Assembly: GCA_951406725.2 (NCBI GenBank) | Contig: OX597817.1 | Span: 1,178,001 to 1,242,000, forward strand | DNA from: Octopus vulgaris | Taxonomy: Eukaryota | DNA length: 64,000 nucleotides | Direction of reading: 5' to 3' | Shown: in pieces, positions 55,769-64,000 of the stretch | Numbering within the stretch: position 1 is the first letter of the stretch | Layout of the letters: each line of letters opens with the position of its first letter | The notes under the pieces: generated by a model | The model's input: only the letters and a program-made list of their open reading frames with translations | What the model was told of the DNA's origin: nothing | Databases searched by the model: none | Made by a program: the position numbers and the translations under genes

Positions 55769-55776
55769 GCTACTAC
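55698..55776. repeat. (CTA)n microsatellite
   Basis: Directly visible. Confidence 0.95.
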
Positions 55777-56149
55777 ATCCAATGGTACCCGCCAAAAGTT
55801 ATATAATCGGTGCCACTGTAACCCACAACCAAACCTAATGACATCTTCATTATTACCTTAACACTTGAAACACCAGCGTAAGCCCCTTCCTCCGCACAGC
55901 TTACCAGTGTGCAAACGGAGGGAACCTCTGTGTGTTCGCCCAACTTTAAGAGGAAAAAATTAATAAAAAAAAGAGCATTTAGATCTCGCTCGCCCCTCAA
56001 AAAAAGAAAAAGAAAAGGAAAAAGAAAACTACACAATTCTAAAAGAATTAAAATGATGGCTGTTGGAACGTCTTTGATCATGGCTCTTCGATCGTAAATG
56101 ATCTGGTATTAAAATCACCCCGGCGACTATGACAATGTCGACGACAACG

Positions 56150-57000
56150 CCGTCCACCACTACCACCACCACCACCACCAATGCCACCACCACCACCTCC
56201 ACCACCATCTCCACCACCACCTCCACTACCACCGCCGCCGCCGCCGCCGCCGCCGCCAGCAGCAGCAGCAGCAGCACCACCACCACCACCAATACCAATA
56301 AAACGCTACCACATCACCACTACTAGTGCCCATACTGCAAACATCTCCCTCATTACAAATAGAACAAGCATCATTACCCAGACAGACACCGCGAACGTTG
56401 GTTCTAGATCTTATAACTGACAACTCCCTCACTGCTCTCTTCAACATAAAACCCACTACCACCACCACCACAATCACAGCCACCACCGCCACGACCACGA
56501 CCACGATCATCACCACAATTACCACCACCACCACCACCGCCCCTACCACCACCACCATCAGCACCACCAGCACCACCACCACCACTAACACCACGCTCAC
56601 TGCTACCACCATCACCACCAGCACCATCGCTACCACAACCGCTACCACCACACCACCACCACCACTAACACCACGCTCACTGCTACCACCATCATCACCA
56701 CCAGCACCACCGCTACCACCACGACCACAATCACAACCACCACCACCACCACCACCACCGCTCCAACTACCACCGCGACTGTTGCACCGGCCACCACCGC
56801 CAACGTCACCACTACGCACACAACCACCACAACCATCACTACCACATTATCACCACCGTGCTACCAACCACTTCACGACAACCACCATCCTTACCAACAC
56901 CATCACTACCATCTCACCACCACCACCACCACCACCACCACCAACCATTACCAGCAGCCATCACAATCACTACCAGTCGACACACAACCAACGCCACTGC
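56150..57000. repeat. Degenerate (ACC)n-rich low-complexity tract with an internal duplication of about 33 bp
   Basis: CCACTAACACCACGCTCACTGCTACCACCATCA occurs at about 56582 and 56662. Confidence 0.9.
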
Positions 57001-57390
57001 CCCTAATGTCTTGCACAGTTTTTGTTTTATTATTATTATTATTATTATTTTAACTGTTTCGGGGATGGAAACAATTAGAAGCTGGGTTGAGCAAAACTGT
57101 TGGCAGGTAGAATAGAATAATACTAACGCTTAATCTTGCTGCGTGATTTAACAAACACAACCAACCATTAACTATTGTTTGCATCACTTACACATCTGGC
57201 TTCCTCCAGAAAAAGAAGAAAAAAAAACAAAGAAAAAAGAACAAAGAAACAGAACAAGCAAAAAATAGCGGAAGAAAAACGCCGTCCATTTAAGAATATT
57301 TTATTTCATGCATTTCTTTTGTTTCATCATTTTTTTATACGTCGATAATGATGGAATTGGATGGTGTTAAAACTAAGTGTCTTTTTTCCG

Positions 57391-57470
<80 letters not shown>

Positions 57471-57688
57471 TTCCCTTCACGCTCTGTCTTTTCTTGGTAC
57501 CTTTCACTCTTGTTATATACATACTCTACATGTATATATTTCTCTTATTCCCATCTCTTTATCTTAGCTGCTTCTGCAGTTTTCTTTCACCCAGAGATCT
57601 TTCTAGCATTGTTTCCCCAACGTTTCCACTTTTAATCTAATTGTACATGCTAAGATTTGCGCTTGTGCGTTTTTGTGCGCTTATGTTT

Positions 57689-57776
<88 letters not shown>

Positions 57777-57991
57777 TGCACATCGAAGAACGAACCAGAA
57801 GAATTGGAACATACTTATATATTTCGAAACCTCGCTTTAAGTCAAATGTAAATATATACATAGTCTATCGATGATGTGGTGTAAATTTAAAAAAAAAAAA
57901 AAGGTACTCTTTTGACAAACCGTTTCGCAGTTTGTTGACTGTTCTTCTGTGAAAATATACTCGTAATCAATTGCAGAGTGCATTCAACTTC

Positions 57992-58265
57992 TATATAAAG
58001 TAGTCATAAATTAGGCTAACACCGTGGTGGATAGCCTAATCTGCATACTGGCGCAACATTAATTAAATGGCCTAGGGCTATGCAACAGCAGCAACAACAA
58101 CAATTACATCGCAGTAACCAAATCTCTAAATATATAAAGTAGTCGTAAATTAGGCTAACACCGTGGTGGATAGCCTAATCTGCATACTGGTGCAACATTA
58201 AATGGCTCAGAGCTATGCAACAGCAGCAACAACAACAATTACATCGCAATAACCAAATCCCTAAA
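57992..58265 (+). repeat. Tandem duplication, two units of about 137 bp, each with a hairpin
   Basis: Units 57992-58130 and 58131-58265 both contain ATTAGGCTA-ACACCGTGGTGGA-TAGCCTAAT. Confidence 0.9.
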
Positions 58266-58299
58266 TAAGATCACCAATACTACTACCATTATTTGTGCA

Positions 58300-59050
58300 G
58301 CTGGAATGTACTGTAGTTACAATTCATTACAAATTGTGGGAGAAGGTTTTGGGTATCAAAGAATGTGTGCAGAGTGGATATCTGGGTAGTAGGATTTTTG
58401 ACACCCGATTTGTAGAAAAGAAGGGTACAATTCTGCTCTGTTGGAACCGTTTGAAGCCAATGAAAACATTCCTTCCCCCTACTTTTTATCTGGATCTGGT
58501 CACGAAACCCCAGTCCATGGAACGGTGCCCCACATTTTCTTCGAGGACTAAGAAGTTCAAAAGCTAGCAATCAGCGCAGAAAGTCAGGGTAACTATTTTC
58601 AGGGATGATAAGAGCCTCAATTTCTCTTCTTTTTTTTTTTTTCTTTGTAGAAATTGGCAATACCGTGAATTACAAGCAATTCCTTGAAGCATTTAAAAGG
58701 TTTAGAGAGCCTACTAATAGGAAGAGACCGAACAAGAATCGGAAAATTTCGCACATTCTCCATAAAAATGCGTGAACACACACACCCTTGGCAACAAGGT
58801 AAGGAATCAGAAAATCGGGTTGGTCTAAGGTCCCTTCTCGACCGTACAACCTGGATCTGGCGCCGTCCGAATCCCATCTGTTCAATTCAACAAAAGATAG
58901 TCTTTAGGGACAACCATTTGATGACGAACAAGATAAAACTGGGTTTGAAGAACTAGGTACAAAAGAACAGATCTCATTTTTTCCAAGAGGTTTCGAAAGC
59001 TGGGTTCACCGATAGCACAAAGGCATCGCTGGTGGTGGAGACAATGTTTA
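58300..59050 (+). mobile_element. Old degraded mariner transposase remnant
   Basis: TKPQSMER..SSRTKKFKS*QSAQKV, a degenerate PYNLDLAPSESHLF and the C-terminal GGGDNV. Confidence 0.7.
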
Positions 59051-59216
59051 ATTGTAGCTTTGTTGATGGGAAGAGTTACCTTCCCCAACATGTGCAATTT
59101 GATCTACCTATGTCAGTTGACAAAATGTTATTTTCCGATTTTGCACTACTTTGGGATCAAACGTCGTGAGTGCATTTGTGTGTGTGTGTATGTATGTTGG
59201 CATGTATGTATGTATG

Positions 59217-59250
<34 letters not shown>

Positions 59251-60259
59251 TGTATGCATGTATGTATGTATGTGTGTTGGCATGTATGTGTGTGCATGAA
59301 AGAAAGAGAGAAAAATAAAGATTGAGAGAGACAAAGCGAGAAAGAGAGAGAGTGTGTATGTGTGTGTGTTCATGTGTGTTTCCTTTTCTTTTCAAAATTT
59401 TCTGATGAGCAACAGCTAATGAACACCCAGCAGTTGAAACTGTAACACTATACAGGCACAGATTCATGCTAACAGAAATACATATATCCGCACAGACGAA
59501 TACATACATGCTTACATAAATACAGGCATAATGCGTACACAACAATAAATACTCGTGTACATAAGACATGTGGGTGGCCTCGGAGAATCCACCCGCTTAT
59601 TACATCAGGTGAACGTCGGATAAAACAACTTGTGTTATTGGATTACTCCCCTTTATTTTCCGAATCATGCGCACAAAGTCGTCGTGCTCGCGCGTCTGTG
59701 TGTGTACATGAACTAAAAAATTCGTACAGATATTAGTTTATTTTCAAACATCTTCCGTCACAAATTGTTCACATTGCCTGTAGCTGACGCTGCTGTATAA
59801 AACGCCGTTTTCAAAGCTTGGAAAACAAACAAAATGTGTTGCAGGTCTTCAGATGGGCTCAGGACGTCACTCGGTCAATAACTTCATTGTGTAGCCATTA
59901 CGTCTTCTTCGTCTGACAAACTTCCGCGAGATGAAATCCCGAAACAGGTTTTCCGTTCGTCGACTCTACTGGTAGCTTACGACTTCCTTTTTCCGGTGCA
60001 GAACTTCAATATCGCCGAAATTTCATGCTACCCCAGTATGATAGGGTGACTGTAATTATGATTTTCGTTCATTTCCGTTGTTCTATCTCTCTATCCTTCA
60101 TCTGGCTAAGTGAATATGGGTGGTTGAAATCAGTTGAATTGGAAACTTTGGAGGTTTTGTTAATGCAAGAGTATATAATAATACACCCATACAAAAAAAG
60201 GTTTTAAAACTTATGTCGCTCATCTTTCATTATAAATTGTTTATACAGTCTCTCTTTAC

Positions 60260-60462
60260 TCATTTTACTCTTTTACTTGTTTCAGTCATTCGACTGTGGC
60301 CATGCTGGAGCACCGCCCTTAGTCGAGCAAATCGACCCCGGGACTTATTCTTTGTAAGCCTAGTACTTATTCTATCTTTTACCGAACCGCTAAGTGACGG
60401 GGACGTAAACACACCAGCATCAGTTGTCAAGCGATGTTGGTGAGACAAACACAGACACACAA

Positions 60463-60521
<59 letters not shown>

Positions 60522-60825
60522 TATAGATATATATACATATATGCGACGGCCTTCTTTCAGTTTCCATCTACCAAATCCACTCACAAGGCTTTGGTCAGCC
60601 TGAGGCTATAGTAGAAGACACCTGACCAAAGTGCCACGCAGTGGGACTGAAAGGGGGAACCATGTGGTTGGTGAGCAAGCTACTTACCACACAACCACTC
60701 CCGCTCCTATATCTTTAGTCTTTTATCTTTTGCTTGTTTCAGTCATTAGACTGTGGCCATGCTGGTGCACCACCCTGAATTTTTAGTCGAATGAATCGAC
60801 CCCAGGACTTCTTTTTTTAAAGCCT
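60260..60825 (-). mobile_element. SINE family B copy (60260-60708) plus an extra tail fragment (60715-60825)
   Basis: Reverse complement of the consensus with an internal (CA)n. Confidence 0.88.
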
Positions 60826-60827
60826 TT

Positions 60828-61237
60828 TTCGACAGCAAATGCGTCCTATACATCCACTGGGTCCCCTCTGGCCATGCTGTCAACAAAGAGTACTTTTGGA
60901 GTGGTTTTGAAAATGATCAAAAGGAGATCAGGCCAATACACAAGACCACAATTCAATCCTGGTAATCAACTACTTGACAGAGTTGGGTACCAAAACTGTC
61001 CCTTACTCTCCTTACGAGCCAGGCCTTTCTTTCTGTGACTTTTGGCTGTTTCCTGACAAAGGTCCTGGGCATCTTCACTTTGGAGGATTTCCGTGGGGCC
61101 TTCTCGAAGCGACTGGATCGCTTCAACAAGTGCATTGAAGTCAAAAGATCCGACTTTGAAGGAAATTAGAATTTTGTACTTCTTTGAAATTAATGTCTCT
61201 CCTGAAAATATCTCAAAACTCTGGAACACATCTTGTA
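60828..61237 (+). mobile_element. Mariner 3' remnant
   Basis: DSKCVLYIHWVPSGHAVNKEY, TKTVPYSPYEP..CDFWLFP and RFNKCIEVKRSDFEGN*. It ends ...GGAACACATCTTG-TA. Confidence 0.72.
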
Positions 61238-61839
61238 TGTTGTGGGGGACACATTTTTAATGGGAAATGGGTTCCTGTATATTTTCACGCATGTGCAATG
61301 ACATACATGGGTGTGTATGTGCGTGCGCGTGAGCGTTTGTGTGAGAAAGCAGGATTTAGGACTACAATATATACAATATATGTGTAGCTAAGGGTATAAG
61401 TGAGAGTGTGTGCGTGCGTGTGTGCGTGCGTGTGTGCATGTGTGTGTGTGTGTGTGTGTGTATTCCAACCTTTTTTAAGGACTTGGTGTAGTAAAAACAC
61501 AATTTTCTTCTTGTCAACTGGAAGAAAACAAAAGATTTAGACACTTGAGAAGAACTGTCTAAACTACAAATTAACAAACACATGTTTAAATATATTCTAG
61601 GTAAAGAAGTAGTCATATATATGCATATCTACACATGAACGTTTTTGTGTGAAAGCGTGTGTGCGTGTGTGTGTGTGCCTTGTAAAGTTACGTATGTATC
61701 TATCTATCTATCACATGTATATGTATATATCAAGTGTGAATGTAAGAAAATGAGTACACATATATGTACCAAATGAGGGTGTATGACTACATGTGAGGGA
61801 AAGTTTATATATCACTTCCCCAATACTGGTTACATGTAG

Positions 61840-61888
61840 ATAGATAGATGGATAGGTGGATAGATAGTTAGATAGATACATACATACG

Positions 61889-61961
<73 letters not shown>

Positions 61962-61999
61962 ATTGCCTGTGTGTATAAAAATGTAAGTATATATATGGG

Positions 62000-62058
<59 letters not shown>

Positions 62059-62573
62059 CCACACTCATATACACACATGTACAATCACTCAGACATCTTT
62101 CATTCATATGATGAATCTCATTTTATAGAAAAACGAGCGGAAACTCTAAGAAAATATGTAGATGTGTGCAACGTGAATGAATGAATAAGATTTAGGGAGA
62201 AGAAGAAGAAGAAGAAGAAGAAGAAGAGAGAGAGAGAGAATGAGAGAATGAGAGACGAAGAGATGGAGAGAGAGAGGGTGAGAGACGGAGAGCGAGGGAG
62301 ACAGAGGGTGGGTGCGTAGGTTATAAGACAGTTATAAGACGACGGAGCGATAGAGAGAACTAGACAGAGATGAAGACGATGAATAAATATGGGAGAGAAA
62401 GAGCGAGAGAAAGAGAGAGAGAGAGAAAGAGAGAAAGGTGGGAGGTGGGATAGAGGGATAGAGGGAGAGATAGGATGGGGATATTGAGAAAGGAAGAATC
62501 GGATGAAAAAAAGAAACACAGAAATAAAACAGTATGAGGAGGAGGGAAGGAGAACAGAGAGGATTGAGATAAA

Positions 62574-62610
<37 letters not shown>

Positions 62611-62890
62611 TGCGTGTGTATATTGGGGAAAGGGAAGAGGCGATGGAAAAAGATTGAAACCAAAACAAGAGAAATTTGAAATGCGTAAACAGAGAGAGGA
62701 GAGTAAAAGAGAGACAGAGAGACAGAGAGAGGGGGGAGAGAGGGAGAGGGAGAGAGAGGGAAAGGGAGAGAGAGAAAGAAATGGAGAGGATGATTTATAG
62801 TGATGCATATATATACATACAAGCATATATATATACATTTATATACACACACACATATGTATATGTATATATTTATGTATGCTTGTATGC

Positions 62891-62959
<69 letters not shown>

Positions 62960-63196
62960 TATACACATATATACATATATATGTAAATTCACACATACAT
63001 ATAATATGCAGGGATTATATATATATTTCATATATATATACATGAATATATTATAATATATATATATATATATATCATATATTATATAATATGTATACAT
63101 ATATATATATATGATTGTATACATTTCACATATATATATGTATATATATATATGTGCGTATATATATAATTATATATATATACATATATATTTATA

Positions 63197-63280
<84 letters not shown>

Positions 63281-63460
63281 TATATATATATACACACAAA
63301 CACATAAACATATATGCATATATATGTGTGTGTGTGTGAATATATATATGTATACATGTATGTATATATATATATGAATATAAATATTCACATATATATA
63401 TGAATATATAATCTTATATATATATATATATATACACATACATATATATATATAAAAGGA
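61840..63460. repeat. Mosaic of (TA)n, (TG)n, (GAA)n and (GA)n low-complexity sequence
   Basis: Directly visible. Confidence 0.9.
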
Positions 63461-63691
63461 ATATGGGAGAGTGAGTAAGGGAGTGAGAGTGACAGAGAGA
63501 GGCTGATGGGAAAGGGACAAAAAGGGACGTCAGATGGAGCCACGGATAGAGAGGAGAAAGTGTTAAAGTAGGTAAACATATTTATAATCACGAATGCAAT
63601 ATGTAACTAAGTTGTAAACATTAAGATATACACAAGTGTCATTTGTAAGAAGACTTATTAAATTCTTAAGTAGACATAAGTATCTGTGATA

Positions 63692-63741
<50 letters not shown>

Positions 63742-63817
63742 TATATATTCATATCTTCAAGCTCATAAACACGTACAAATACGAGCATGTATGCCTGCGT
63801 ATAAAAATATCTCTCTC

Positions 63818-63980
<163 letters not shown>

Positions 63981-64000
63981 TATATATATATGTATGTATG

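Noticed and set aside
56129-57006. Thr/Pro-rich mucin-like ORFs
   Set aside because: They are translations of degenerate (ACC)n, open in several frames, with no splice or domain evidence.
57992-58265. CRISPR-like repeat-spacer array
   Set aside because: There are only two units, the whole unit is duplicated with no unique spacers, the context is eukaryotic and no cas genes are present.
62118-63591. 292-aa and other ORFs at the window end
   Set aside because: They derive from (TA)n and (GA)n low-complexity sequence.

Overview
AT-rich, microsatellite-saturated animal DNA with no recognisable host protein-coding gene, rRNA, intact tRNA or CRISPR array. It reads as intergenic or deep-intronic sequence. 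The SINE and microsatellite repertoire resembles cephalopod (Octopus-like) DNA, which is an inference from recalled sequences. Almost all ORFs in the track are artefacts of simple repeats. Real coding remnants are all transposon-derived: a full-length but broken Tc1-type DD36E element (5396-6689), a 5'-truncated L1/Tx1-clade LINE embedded in an (ATCT)n array (23074-25899), a near-complete Penelope-like retroelement (PLE) with RT and GIY-YIG (49863-53040, minus), several mariner remnants and an RTE-like fragment. Non-coding elements include many tRNA-headed SINEs, Tc2-like, hAT-like and Helitron-like non-autonomous elements, and an internally deleted tRNA-Lys copy. The most notable signal is about ten minimal type-I hammerhead-ribozyme-like (HHR) motifs, none with a fully canonical core, in (TA)n-flanked PLE-type repeats. 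These include a U3:A8 core variant in the PLE 3' UTR. There are also six copies of a permuted GAAA..GUA..CUGANGA motif, two of them in a retrozyme-like direct-repeat unit (53357-54628). All structures were read by eye, and none has been folded computationally or tested.
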